This document shows positions 42,601 to 52,124 of a DNA stretch of 64,000 nt, one piece after another. The DNA comes from Carpediemonas membranifera BICM (Eukaryota > Protista > Fornicata): NCBI GenBank assembly GCA_019828565.1, contig JAHDYR010000015.1, positions 111,826 to 175,825 of the forward strand, given 5' to 3'. Each line of letters begins with the position of its first letter. Position 1 is the first letter of the stretch. The position numbers were made by a program, and so were the translations under genes. Below the pieces are notes generated by a model, which worked only from the letters and a program-made list of their open reading frames with translations, did not search any database and was not told the DNA's origin.

Positions 42601-43992
42601 GGGTGCAACAGACCCTGTGGAAGCTTGAGGACATCGGACTGTCTTGGGACGGAGCCGAAGCTGACGTGTCAACGATGGTCAAACGATGCCCCGTGTGCCA
42701 GAAGTCGGGTATGGGGGGCGACCCGTACCAGTCGGCGCCGCGCGAGCCGCTGGGACCGTATGGTCGAGTGTTCGTGGACACTATCGTCATGAAAGAGGCC
42801 GACGGCGAGTACCGGAACATCCTGACAGTTGTGGAAGAAACGTCGCGATGGGTCACCCTGGTCCCGCTGAAGACAGTGTCGTCACGAGAAACCATCGAGG
42901 CATTTCAGAGGTTCTACCTCACCCACTTCCCGATGCCGGTCGAGTGGGTAGCAGATAACGGGTCGCAGTTCGCATCGACCGAGTTTCACGCGTGGGCCAG
43001 GGAGACCGGGGCGCGGGTCAACCACACGACGCCGTACTACCACGAGGAGAACGGCGTGGTCGAGCGGTGGAACAAAGAGGTCAACCGCCACCTGCGGTGC
43101 GAGATGTATGAACGGCAGACCAGGAGATGGAAGGGTCTGCTCCCGTCGATCCAGAACATCATCAACTCGGCGCGTTCGAGGGCGACCGGGTCGTCGGCGT
43201 GGAGACTGGTAGTGGCGGATGGAACCAGAGCGACCGTGGACAAGCTCAAGGAACAGAGGATGGAGGAGGTGGAGGCTGCGCGCAGGATGATCCAGAACGA
43301 AGAAAATAGAAGAAGGAATATGGAGCAGACAGCGGCGAAGAAGAAGCAGGACAGCCAGAAGCGAGCGGCTGACATTCAGCGGCAGCACCCTGAGTCGCGC
43401 GTGGCAGCGGGTTACTGGGTCTTCGTGGATCGCGACGCGGAGATTCGCAAGAAGTACGACCTCAAGTGGCGCGGACCGTTGATGGTGGTCAGGAAGGTCC
43501 CCGGGAAGGCGAACTCGTACGTTGTGCGAGACCCAGAGACGAAGAAGACGTATCAGAAGCACGTTTCTCACCTGAAAGTCGCCGAGGGAGAGTGGAGCGA
43601 AGAGAAGGCCAAAGTAGCATGCGCCTTAGATAGAAGCCAGGCGTATATCAAGAAGATAGTGGACTGGAGGATTAGAAGAGACGCCAACAGGACACCGGAA
43701 GTGAGGTGCAGGTGGCTGGGATTCGAAGCCAGCGAAGACACCTGGAGAGTGGCAACAGACGAAGACATGCGGTCCAACATCGTGTTATTGAAGTACATGG
43801 AGGACCATAGCCAACTTGCAAAGTGCGTTGACGAGCATTTGCGCAAAGTCGGTCAGAGTCGGAAATAGAAGCATGGCTCTGATGGAGGAGGGGTAGTGTG
43901 GTATTTACATGACTATGTAGACGCAGTTAGAGCCATTATCACCGCGTAGGAGGTATACCCCTTAAACACTTCACACTTGTTTCCAGACTTCA
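39671..43992 (+). mobile_element. Intact Ty3/Gypsy chromovirus (element E1) with identical 96-bp LTRs and 5-bp TSD TGTCG
   Basis: LTRs 39671-39766 and 43897-43992 (TG...CA). TSD at 39666-70 and 43993-97. PPT ATGGAGGAGGGGTAG just before the 3' LTR. Confidence 0.95.
39789..43868 (+). CDS. Single-ORF Gag-Pol (2x CCHC, protease, RT, RNase H, integrase, chromodomain)
   Basis: CYNCGGGGHMAKDC, LDTCAS, YVDD, TDAS, HHCC and DDE integrase, W.GP motif, C-terminal chromodomain RWLGFEASEDTW. Confidence 0.95.
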   Translation: MGEDVTIGPPMKDLTIEEYMRVRDIYDEYSLEADDGKHRKPFHSLVKPALKRQVLRETGKSRIDEFVEPTCATNGNGSVSTQQYMKHQDDVKKARRAHQKKEDAFWKKSIEELVLPTEVFARTQLLTNGPEKSVSEVLNRISARAAVLFQKIEDIPIDATKRLILEACKHEGQHAILQGVVDACTDSAGVMQSVMLWERKKREAMKQFGLLEPPTSSTSKKDVQKQEQGQKKLHCYNCGGGGHMAKDCPEPTIAGGTRRCYRCGKVGHVAKDCPDASKPDQCLVFASGVESKVWECSMSVGLKEHVVRLDTCASSNFIPPELAREWGIRTKWADRWVKLGDNSTARVLTGGSKKVRLALKKDVDVTLHWDVIAGCKPTICFRTLAELGLINVEATTTDVDGDEELLATMDEQIREEYADCFGPADGAADLKPYKISLSDDAVPYFELPRRRQPEIEQALSEHLKKLEEAKIIRRSKSPWSSRVVMAKKKGGEWRPCINYIRLNKFIEDPQHDLPPIDDIMTMLEGKVKFAALDASSAFHQVPVEEGTQELLAFTTPDGHFTYNTMPFGLSTAAGHMQAALEEAFADMLGTACLIYVDDILVFGETVEEYEANLRHVMDRVRKRKIKLNEKKCAFNLDEVEYLGWTVSKEGRSVPEWRVEGVQKLAPAHNVSDVRALLGIFNFFAKFIPGYADLAEPIRRMELKDAPPWGPDQDRALEALKKAVTSAPVLTHPDPAKRLALYTDASDKGVGAVLMQEDEGGKRPIMFLSKALSGSQRRWSTYRKEAFAIVHAIRKARRLLATQEFKVWCDHRNLAYVWGANDDMVQRWALELANYKFDVEHVPGSLNEIADGLSRAALAEEQAKQEQEDIPDQSRTESDEDGPAAAGAETEESKPRPQGQLLFRVDEFRTTQEASPTLPESQKEARFKEVHGAGKGHHGVQQTLWKLEDIGLSWDGAEADVSTMVKRCPVCQKSGMGGDPYQSAPREPLGPYGRVFVDTIVMKEADGEYRNILTVVEETSRWVTLVPLKTVSSRETIEAFQRFYLTHFPMPVEWVADNGSQFASTEFHAWARETGARVNHTTPYYHEENGVVERWNKEVNRHLRCEMYERQTRRWKGLLPSIQNIINSARSRATGSSAWRLVVADGTRATVDKLKEQRMEEVEAARRMIQNEENRRRNMEQTAAKKKQDSQKRAADIQRQHPESRVAAGYWVFVDRDAEIRKKYDLKWRGPLMVVRKVPGKANSYVVRDPETKKTYQKHVSHLKVAEGEWSEEKAKVACALDRSQAYIKKIVDWRIRRDANRTPEVRCRWLGFEASEDTWRVATDEDMRSNIVLLKYMEDHSQLAKCVDEHLRKVGQSRK

Positions 43993-44027
43993 TGTCGAAA
44001 ATGTGCAGTTTTAGGACAAAAACTCGA

Positions 44028-45389
44028 ATGCCATCAATAGCGCGGAATCAAGGCGTTCCCTTGATACAAAGGCTTCATCATGAAGCCGATTTCCGTGATA
44101 TTGATCGTGCGAAGAAAAAGCACCTTCAAGAGCTTCAGGAAGCAAAATCCTGCTCATTCAAGCCTCAAATCAACCAGAAATCGGCCCGTATTCTCAAAAA
44201 CAGACCAGCTGGAAGAGACTACCGACCTATACATGAGCGCATCGATTCAATATCCAAGGCAAAGGCCACCAAGCTTGCACGGCTGAAGACGGAGCAGATG
44301 AACAGCAGCGATAACACCTTCTCCCCAGCCATCACGGCCAAGTCCAAAGTCATCGCTGAGCGCATAGATAAGACGGGTGATGGCCTACGCACCACCTCCA
44401 GGGCCCAAGCTGCACGGCCGATGTCTGCCCAGAAGAACGAATTCACGTATCACCCCAAGCTCAACAGGAAGAGCGCCGAGATCGTGAAGCACTCGCGCCT
44501 CTTCAGCTCGGACAGTGACTTTCTTTCACGCCAGTCAGTCTTCGAGATGCGTCGCGAGAGGAACAAACGCGAGCTCCAGCAGCTTACGACCCCCCGCCCC
44601 GGGTCAGCCAAGCCTCGTACGTCCGCAGAGATCGCCCAGGTCACTGAGAGACTTTACAACACCCAACCCAAGCGGGGCGAGCAGCCGTGGGTCGGGCAGG
44701 GTGGCTGCACCTTCCAGCCGGAGATCAACCCAACCTCCAGGGCCATCGGGCGGACCTCGACCGTCGAAGAGCTTGTCTCAGACGACCGCACTCGGATGCG
44801 CCGGGAGATGGCGAGAAAGATGGCGGACAAGGCGTTTGCTGAGGCCCATACCTTCAAGCCCGAGCGGGTGTCAAAGGTTGATGCGGAGTCACATTACGAT
44901 TTCAAACATCCGGAGAGGATCTTGACTCAGATTGAGTCAGATGAGGTCGACCGCTCTGTGAGGCAGCAGCAGTTGAAGCACGTCGTCTCGGCCGAGGAGG
45001 TCATCGGCTGCACATTCAAGCCGACCATTCGGTCGGCCCCCGCCGTGACAGCAGACCCCATCGTCGTCCGCGGGCTGGGTCGGTTCCTCGAGCTCAAGGA
45101 CATTGCCCGTCGCAACAAGGAGGAGAAGCAACAGCTCGAGGACCGCGCTTTCCACGCCAACCCCACCGCCCACAGAGACCTGCCGTACACCGTCCCAGAG
45201 CCCTTCGCACTCTCCACAGACCCAGGCCAGACTGAGCGCCAGCGTCGTGTGCTCGAGGACGCTCGGGCTCGAGAGATGGCTGAGTGCACCTTCCAGCCCA
45301 ACGGGGGGCGGGTCAAGCAGGGCGAGATCCTCAATGCGATCATCAATGACTTTAGCGATGACGAAGATGACTGGGATGATGATATTTGA
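44028..45389 (+). CDS. Hypothetical protein with repeated (C)TF(K/Q)P motifs, likely microtubule/cilium-associated
   Basis: At least six copies: CSFKPQIN, TFSPAI, FTYHPKLN, CTFQPEIN, TFKP, CTFKP, CTFQP. Confidence 0.7.
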   Translation: MPSIARNQGVPLIQRLHHEADFRDIDRAKKKHLQELQEAKSCSFKPQINQKSARILKNRPAGRDYRPIHERIDSISKAKATKLARLKTEQMNSSDNTFSPAITAKSKVIAERIDKTGDGLRTTSRAQAARPMSAQKNEFTYHPKLNRKSAEIVKHSRLFSSDSDFLSRQSVFEMRRERNKRELQQLTTPRPGSAKPRTSAEIAQVTERLYNTQPKRGEQPWVGQGGCTFQPEINPTSRAIGRTSTVEELVSDDRTRMRREMARKMADKAFAEAHTFKPERVSKVDAESHYDFKHPERILTQIESDEVDRSVRQQQLKHVVSAEEVIGCTFKPTIRSAPAVTADPIVVRGLGRFLELKDIARRNKEEKQQLEDRAFHANPTAHRDLPYTVPEPFALSTDPGQTERQRRVLEDARAREMAECTFQPNGGRVKQGEILNAIINDFSDDEDDWDDDI

Positions 45390-45643
45390 GCCATGAAACA
45401 TTAGAGATGATTGTCACTGACGGCAGGTGCCGACTATTTAGTAAAATGGGCTGTGACAGCTGCTTGTCTTCCTGGCATTATGCGTACGGAGACAGCACCC
45501 GTGTTGCATCAGTGTGTGGGACTCTCAACGGAGCTGATGTGGTTCGACTTGCGAATTGATCCTGGACGGGATGTTGCCGGAGTGACCTCGCGCACTGGAA
45601 TGACCGGCCGTTCACGATGGATGCGCCGCCGAGCTGGGTCACC

Positions 45644-46191
45644 TTACCTTACAGGCGGAAGGCGAACAGGTCGCGCTGGTCGGGGCGCAGGTAGGGGTAC
45701 CTGGAAGAATACATGCGCTAAGTCGGTTGTTCCAGCTTGGCGTTGCGCCGCAAGGAACACCGGGTGGAGAGGCTCGTACTCAAAAGGACGTCTAGCCTGG
45801 AAGGCGTTCTGGTACGTCGCATCCAGTATGGGCCTGAAGGTCCCGTCCTTCTTGGGCGCAAGGAGCAGGGGGGCGAGCAGGGTCGCCACGGCTAAGCCGG
45901 CGGTGTTATCCACATGTTCGGCCCAACCATGGTCCACCAGGCTCCGTCGACTCTGTGATCGATCAGGGTCGATCTATTATATCTTGGCCAGCTTCTTGTA
46001 CTTCGGCATGGCGTCATCTTTGACATTGACCTGATGTACTTGTTGATGCGTGCGTTAACGGTTGCCACCCGCTCACTCAGCGACTCAAGACGGCAGGTTG
46101 CGAGGCAGTTAGAGTTGGATGGGTCAGACCAGGTGCGAACCCTGGCAATGGTAGCGATTTCTGCGGCCTCGGCCTCCTCGCGACAGTACAT
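45644..46191 (-). mobile_element. Reverse-transcriptase relic (DIRS-like)
   Basis: LLLAPKKDGTFRPILD...TDLAHVFFQVPL are RT motifs 1-3. Truncated before YxDD and frameshifted from the upstream fragment. Confidence 0.6.
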
Positions 46192-46262
46192 GTTTGCACG
46201 ACAGACATCGAGAGAGCACTTTATGGCCTAATCTGCACGAAGCACGAGATCTCCAACTGGCC

Positions 46263-47297
46263 ATGGCGGACAGCAAGGACGGTGTTTCCTCGACCATTAA
46301 TGCAGTTGCCAATATCCTTATGTTTCCATATGGAGTTCGGCCGCTGGTATCAGTTCTAGATTCGTTTTTGACACAAAGGAAGTTTCTTATAAGCAGCCAG
46401 GACTATCCATACGAAATAGACCCCCTATTCTACCCCAATCCACTAGATTTCTTCAACGACGAGCAGCGGAAGATTTACCTTCAGGTTGTCAGGACGAAAG
46501 ACAAGCATCGTTTGCCGCTTGGGATGAAAAACATCATAGACCGCATCCAGAACTTCAAATACGTCTTCCTCTGGGAGGTTATCCGCGACATCTACGAGCT
46601 GTGCGACAATGCCCGCACGTACAACGCTCAGTACCAGAACATGGTCGACCACGCCAACCAGCTCGAGGTTGCGGCGTACAACACGCTCGTTCGGAACATG
46701 CTTCGTATAATGCAGTCCAAGAACCTCCTAGACAGTGTGGGTCTGAGTGATTTAGACATTTCAGCGCTTTCCGATGACATGCTGCGGTCCATCGCCCAGG
46801 GCTCCTTCCGGAAGATGGAACCGAAGATGCTGCCCTTCACATACATCAGCAACTTCATCATGAGCATGTTTGTGTGGATCGAGAAGCGGTCCGACTTTAC
46901 TGCCGAGGCCCTGATGAAGGTTATGAAGCTCTCCATCGCCGAGGCAAAGAAGCTGATCAACGCCGAGAACGCCATCGAGGTGGACATCGGAAAGTACAAC
47001 CACGACCAGTTCATCCAGTTTATGAACATACTCCGGGAGTACTCGACGGACGCCATGTACAAGCACCTCGTCAAGATCCAGAAGCCCGGGCTGCCCAAGA
47101 CCAAGGGCTGGGTCCACTACAACAACCAGACCATCGCCAACTTCCTCGGTGAGGGGCAGCCTGACTTGCCGCCGGCGGATTACACAGAGAAGAAGGCGTC
47201 GACGAAGGCCAAGAGGCCAGTGTCGGTCAAGACCGTGAAGCGGACGTCGACGAAGCAGCCGAAGAGGGTCAATATCAAGCTCGGGTCTAGGATCTAA
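46263..47297 (+). CDS. Bromodomain protein with ET/NET-like C-terminal region
   Basis: PLGMKNIIDRIQNFKY...DIYELCDNARTYN bromodomain with the conserved Asn, and AIEVDI ET-like motif. Confidence 0.75.
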   Translation: MADSKDGVSSTINAVANILMFPYGVRPLVSVLDSFLTQRKFLISSQDYPYEIDPLFYPNPLDFFNDEQRKIYLQVVRTKDKHRLPLGMKNIIDRIQNFKYVFLWEVIRDIYELCDNARTYNAQYQNMVDHANQLEVAAYNTLVRNMLRIMQSKNLLDSVGLSDLDISALSDDMLRSIAQGSFRKMEPKMLPFTYISNFIMSMFVWIEKRSDFTAEALMKVMKLSIAEAKKLINAENAIEVDIGKYNHDQFIQFMNILREYSTDAMYKHLVKIQKPGLPKTKGWVHYNNQTIANFLGEGQPDLPPADYTEKKASTKAKRPVSVKTVKRTSTKQPKRVNIKLGSRI

Positions 47298-47527
47298 GGG
47301 CATTTACGGTTGGATAAGGAAACAGCTCGTTGCATATGTAAGAATGCTCGAGTCCGCCCGCGCCATTCACTATCCCTTGTTGAGCTTCGAACGACAGGAA
47401 AATGTGCCCATTTAGGAGAGGAATAAAGCTCAGCACTCGCTTCGGCTCGAGACCTGAGCGTTTTATGATCGACTTTCTCCTTCTTTTCTTCTCCGACTTT
47501 CGACTCGCCGACTCACAAGCAAGTACC

Positions 47528-48754
47528 ATGGCCGAAGACGAGGGATTCGAAGAGGCCACGGTAGGACTATTGACTGTTAATGACGCCGAAGAGGACGAAG
47601 AAGGCATCCCGCTTGCATTGGCAATCACACGCCGTCCCTCAGAGGTCGAAAACGAGGGCTTGCTTGAAACTCCTGTTGTAGAGCCGATAAAGCCTACAGC
47701 GGAGCCAGAGCTGCCATTCTGCAACGTAGAGATTCACCAAACACCATCTAGTTTCCATACTTTCTGGAAAATGGCGCTGGGCAAGAGCAAGTGGGCCCAG
47801 CGGACCCACCAGATCACCCCCTGCTTCATCACCAGCCTCGACGGCATGTCCCCTTTCTCCCAGGTGTACTACCACCAATCGTTCAAGGACATTACGGCCG
47901 TGACGCTGTTCCCGCCCGAGTTCAAACGGCCGAAGTCCTGCGAGACCGGCATCGTGCTGCACTCCCCCAAGCGGACGTTGTTCATGGGCGGGCCAGCGCC
48001 TGTCGTGGCGCTGTGGCGGGACATGCTGCAAGCGTACATCGTTCAGGCCCGCCTCACCAAGGACAGCTTTGAGAGGCCATGTCGGCGCATCGCACTCACA
48101 GTACACCAGACGACGGAGGACTTCAAGTACGTCATCGTCATCATCCGCACACCTGACGGGCAGACCATCTTGTTCAAGTCGGCCCCGCATGGCGTGGGGT
48201 TCGACGGCTGTGCCCGCATCGACCCCTTCGACGTCACAGGAGTGGGTTCAGTCCGCATTGAGGTGTACTCTGCCGACCTACCCGAGTTTATATCAATGAC
48301 TCCGCTCGGGTCGACCCTGATTGATTTCGACGCCATCCCAGAGGCAGAGGTCCAGCCTCTCATGTTCTGTAACGTCACTGCCGATAAGTTCTGGGCGGAG
48401 TCGCCGACAACAGTGCCGGGTGTTGCCCTCCACCCCGCTCAGATCGACGTTGGTGGGACTATATCCGTGTTCAAACCCAACGACGAGCTCGTGCTCGAGG
48501 GCCCGCTCTCCGATGTCGGGGAGACACTCATTGACCCGAATGAGGTCCGCCGCACGTCCATGGAACACGGTCTGGCGGCCGGCTGGGGCGTGGTGGTGAC
48601 AACGCCGATGGGGACGGTGCTGACCGGGCTGCTGCCGATCGGCGACTACCTCGAGACACGGCGGGTGTACCTCTCGCTGCGGGACCCCCAGGGTCGGCCG
48701 GCCGGCCACGTCATGTTCGACGGATTCAAGCCAGTCCGTCGGCCGGGCATGTAG
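47528..48754 (+). CDS. PH-domain + C2-like domain protein
   Basis: KMALGKSKWAQR...RTLFM...WRDML PH signature, followed by a beta-sandwich with VRIEVY...LGSTLID. Confidence 0.6.
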   Translation: MAEDEGFEEATVGLLTVNDAEEDEEGIPLALAITRRPSEVENEGLLETPVVEPIKPTAEPELPFCNVEIHQTPSSFHTFWKMALGKSKWAQRTHQITPCFITSLDGMSPFSQVYYHQSFKDITAVTLFPPEFKRPKSCETGIVLHSPKRTLFMGGPAPVVALWRDMLQAYIVQARLTKDSFERPCRRIALTVHQTTEDFKYVIVIIRTPDGQTILFKSAPHGVGFDGCARIDPFDVTGVGSVRIEVYSADLPEFISMTPLGSTLIDFDAIPEAEVQPLMFCNVTADKFWAESPTTVPGVALHPAQIDVGGTISVFKPNDELVLEGPLSDVGETLIDPNEVRRTSMEHGLAAGWGVVVTTPMGTVLTGLLPIGDYLETRRVYLSLRDPQGRPAGHVMFDGFKPVRRPGM

Positions 48755-48810
48755 ATGCTGTAAAGTAGTAGAGTCGCCCGTTTTTCTCGGCACAGTAAGA
48801 TTGACGCTCA

Positions 48811-49522
48811 TTAGGGTCTAATACATATTCGACCCAGGAGACACCCTGCGACAAGTCTTGTCCAGTTGTTGTCGACTTGAGCGAGAAGCCCCATTGGTCC
48901 ATTTACTCGGAGAGGTAAGGTCGTACTTCCCGCACATGTTGCAACGCCTCCTGGGCCCCATCTCATTCGTCGTCTATCTGGGTCCCGGTGACCAGGCAGA
49001 AGAGGATCTGAGCGGCATCGCGAGCCTCGAGGGTGAGCGACGCTTGGTACCGGATGAGGTGCGTGATCAACCTGGCCAGTTCCCATGTGAAGATCTGAGC
49101 CCTCGTTGCCTCATGAGACGCATCCTGCACACGTTGAGCCTGGGACCTGCAGCCCAGGGTGGCCAAGGCTTGACTCGAAGTGAGCCTCTCGAGCACGTTG
49201 GAGTTGCCCGAGATAGTGGACTCGGCCAACGCCCGGCGTGACGATGTCCGGAACTGCTGCAACACAACCGGGTCGGCCGAGTTGACAGCAATGTCGTGCT
49301 GGCGGCAGAACTTGACCCAATGTGGCAGAGCCGACCGAAGCGTTCGGACTGCGTTGTCGACGAACAACTCCATGACGGTTTGGGCTCTCTTCCACAGCTC
49401 TGCCAAGGCGTGGAGGTCCGCGGCATGGGCCAGTGCCAGCATGCCGTTCCGGGCAGTCTCGTCCACCTGGAACGATCGTATCCCGGGTCAATGAGCCAGT
49501 TTGACCGCCCGGGGCCGGGCAA
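48811..49522 (-). mobile_element. Tyrosine-recombinase relic (DIRS-type YR)
   Basis: TLRSALPHWVKFC...ADP..L..F...LAESTI SAM-like core-binding domain and ILFCLVTGTQ box-I-like segment. Degenerate, with stops and frameshifts. Confidence 0.55.
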
Positions 49523-49589
49523 TCAGATCGTCTCATTTTGATTGGCTGCCCGTCACGACGAAGGAGCCTGTTGCAGCAAGACAGGAACC

Positions 49590-50369
49590 ATGCGCATTCA
49601 CTGGCCATTTCTGCGAATAATAGGACTAACTGGAGGCGTAGGGACAGGAAAAACGACTGTCTCCGCGATCTTTCGGGACAGCTTCGGTGTTCGGGTCATT
49701 TCTGCCGATGCCATCAGCCGGCACGTCATGAGACCCGGTAGACCTGCATATAGGCATATTCTGAAGCACTTTGGCGAAGAATACACTCTTCCCAGCGGCC
49801 ATCTCGATCGCAGGAAGCTTGCCAAGCTCATCCAAACCGACCGGGAAGCTCATGCAAAGCTTCAGCAATGCACCAACGTGTACATACTCCTTAGTATATG
49901 CAACCAGATCCTCTACCACTTCTTCCACGGCGCCCGCTACGTTGTTCTCGACGCCCCCCTCCTCCTCGAGACGCGCCTCCGCCTCCTCATCAACCCGGTC
50001 ATCGTCGTGTGGGCCCCGCCTGATGTGCAGGTTAGGCGGCTTGTAGAGAGAGACGGAAGCCAGATCACGGATGACCAGGCGAGGAAACGGGTCGAGTCGC
50101 AGCTCCACATTGATATGAAGACGAACCTCGCAGATTACGTCATCAGAAACGACGTGGACTCAGTTGAGAACGCGCACCAGGAGGTTCATCGTATTCTCAC
50201 AGAGATCACGAAATCCTCTCGTCGTGCGGGCCACAGCGTCCTTGGGGCGCTCATCCTCAACGGGGCACTAGCTTTGTTCTTTGTCCTAGCGATGGTTGGG
50301 TCAGGTTGGGCCATGCGGGGCATCCTGTTCACCGTGTGGGCCCTGGTCATGCTCATGCTGTGGATGTGA
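49590..50369 (+). CDS. Dephospho-CoA kinase domain protein (DCAKD/CoaE) with C-terminal TM segments
   Basis: IIGLTGGVGTGKTTV, ADAISR, LDRRKL, DAPLLLE and ADYVIRN. Confidence 0.92.
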   Translation: MRIHWPFLRIIGLTGGVGTGKTTVSAIFRDSFGVRVISADAISRHVMRPGRPAYRHILKHFGEEYTLPSGHLDRRKLAKLIQTDREAHAKLQQCTNVYILLSICNQILYHFFHGARYVVLDAPLLLETRLRLLINPVIVVWAPPDVQVRRLVERDGSQITDDQARKRVESQLHIDMKTNLADYVIRNDVDSVENAHQEVHRILTEITKSSRRAGHSVLGALILNGALALFFVLAMVGSGWAMRGILFTVWALVMLMLWM

Positions 50370-50564
50370 GGCTGATAGATGTAGAGAGAAGCGGATTCAC
50401 CGAAGCTGACGCGTGGTCAGATATGGTCAGACGGTTTACTGGTCTAGCTGTGGCTGGGTCAGTCAGTGGGTGGGCCTTTCGTCATTTATTGCCATAAAGG
50501 ACTTGCCTGGCGGGGGCACGGTGTGCTTCAGTTCCGACTTGCTGCCCTGGTCAGCTATGTTCTG

Positions 50565-51347
50565 ATGCGCTTTGATGATGACGAGCAGAATAAGATCACA
50601 TCGCCACGAGCGAAGATGATCGACGCGTCTGTGGAGTACAAGGTGGCCCAAGAATCGATCGATATCGATGCCTGCAAGCAGTTTGTGCCATTCAAGGTAT
50701 GGTATGAGCGTATTGAAGCTGAGCCCAACCTCGTTGTGAAGGAAATCATCTTCAACTCTGTGTCCTACTTCGGCGCGAAGAAGCGGATCGGTTTCGTCAA
50801 GCTCACGACGAAGACCTACCACAAGGACACCAATCACACTGTCCCCGGCATCGTCTTCCTCCGCGGCGACGCCGTCTGCATTCTCGTCGTCCTCCACTGC
50901 GCCGGCAAGAAGTACGCTCTCCTCACATCCCAGCCCCGCGTTCCTATCGGTGAGAGCGAGTTCCTCGAGATCCCGGCCGGCATGACTGATGGTTCATGCA
51001 ACGTCAAGGGCAAGGCCATCGACGAGATGGAGGAGGAGACCGGCTTCAAGATCACATGCGAGTCCATCTTCGACATGGGCGCCGAGGTCTTCCCCGACGG
51101 CATGTTCTACCCGAGTGTCGGTGCCTGCGATGAGGGACTTGCCGTCTACCTCCACGAACGCCAGATCTCACCCGAGGCAATGGCTGAGCTCGAGGGCAAA
51201 CTCACGGGCGAGAGCATCCACGAGCACATCAAGCTGGTGGTTCGGCCGCTCGAGGACATCATCACGCTCCCCGACTCGAAGAGCGTAGTGGCGTACGCCC
51301 TGTACCAGCACCTCGGTGCCCAGGGAAAGATCCCGAAGCTGTTCTAA
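50565..51347 (+). CDS. Nudix hydrolase (ADP-sugar pyrophosphatase, plant NUDT14-like)
   Basis: FG.KRIGFVKL, PGIVFLRGDAV, QPRVPIG, Nudix box EIPAGM...AIDEMEEETG and PSVGACDE. Confidence 0.85.
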   Translation: MRFDDDEQNKITSPRAKMIDASVEYKVAQESIDIDACKQFVPFKVWYERIEAEPNLVVKEIIFNSVSYFGAKKRIGFVKLTTKTYHKDTNHTVPGIVFLRGDAVCILVVLHCAGKKYALLTSQPRVPIGESEFLEIPAGMTDGSCNVKGKAIDEMEEETGFKITCESIFDMGAEVFPDGMFYPSVGACDEGLAVYLHERQISPEAMAELEGKLTGESIHEHIKLVVRPLEDIITLPDSKSVVAYALYQHLGAQGKIPKLF

Positions 51348-52124
51348 GCACCATGTAAATAATATAAAGGCTCGGACAATGGGTCTGTGTTGGTAGTGGC
51401 GAGCTCGTCATGACGCTCGACCTGACCCGGCATGCTCCTCGTGTGGATGCATGAATCCGGCAGACCCTCGAAGAGGCTCTTCGCGACCCAGTCTTCAGCT
51501 CGGACGGAGTCGCCAACCCTCAGGCCGAGCAGATTGCCGAGGCAGGCGCAGCTGCCGACTCCCGCTATGTCTGCCTGGCGGTGGTCTGGGCCGGCCTCTG
51601 CTGACCCAACCAGGTCCACGGCCTGTGCAACCGCACTCTGGTCAGACGAAATTCTTCCCTCTCCTGCCGAAGGTCCAAGTGCTTGGAAGTGATTCAGCGT
51701 TCACATGACAAGAAAAAGATTTGATACTTGCAAACGGCTGACGGTCGAGGGCCCGGCTCTCTCGAGCCTGACTCTCATTGGTCCCCTAATCACATCGACA
51801 GTTGAATCTGTGCTTCTTCTTGTCTTCATCATCCTCCTTCTTCTCGTGGCGGGTCTCGGCTCTCTGGGTCTGGGTCGGGGCTGGCTTGGCCTGTGCGGCC
51901 GGGACCAGGCCGAAGTCGCGCATGGCGTCCGCTCTCTGTCTGAGGTGTTTCGTGACAAATCTCAGCGAGGCCTTGGCGGTGGGCTGTGCCCGAACCACAC
52001 TGTGGGCGTTGGCCCCGAGGCTATGGGCGGCAAGGGCCTCCAATATTGCGTCCTGTAGCTCCTTCTGGCCGAGTGCAGTTTTGGCCCCGAAGAGCTTGGA
52101 CACTCTCAAACACGTTATTTTCAC

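Noticed and set aside
51344-52124. Possible spliced minus-strand gene between Nudix and CDK
   Set aside because: Coding-like fragments are present, but I could not build a consistent exon structure or assign a family.
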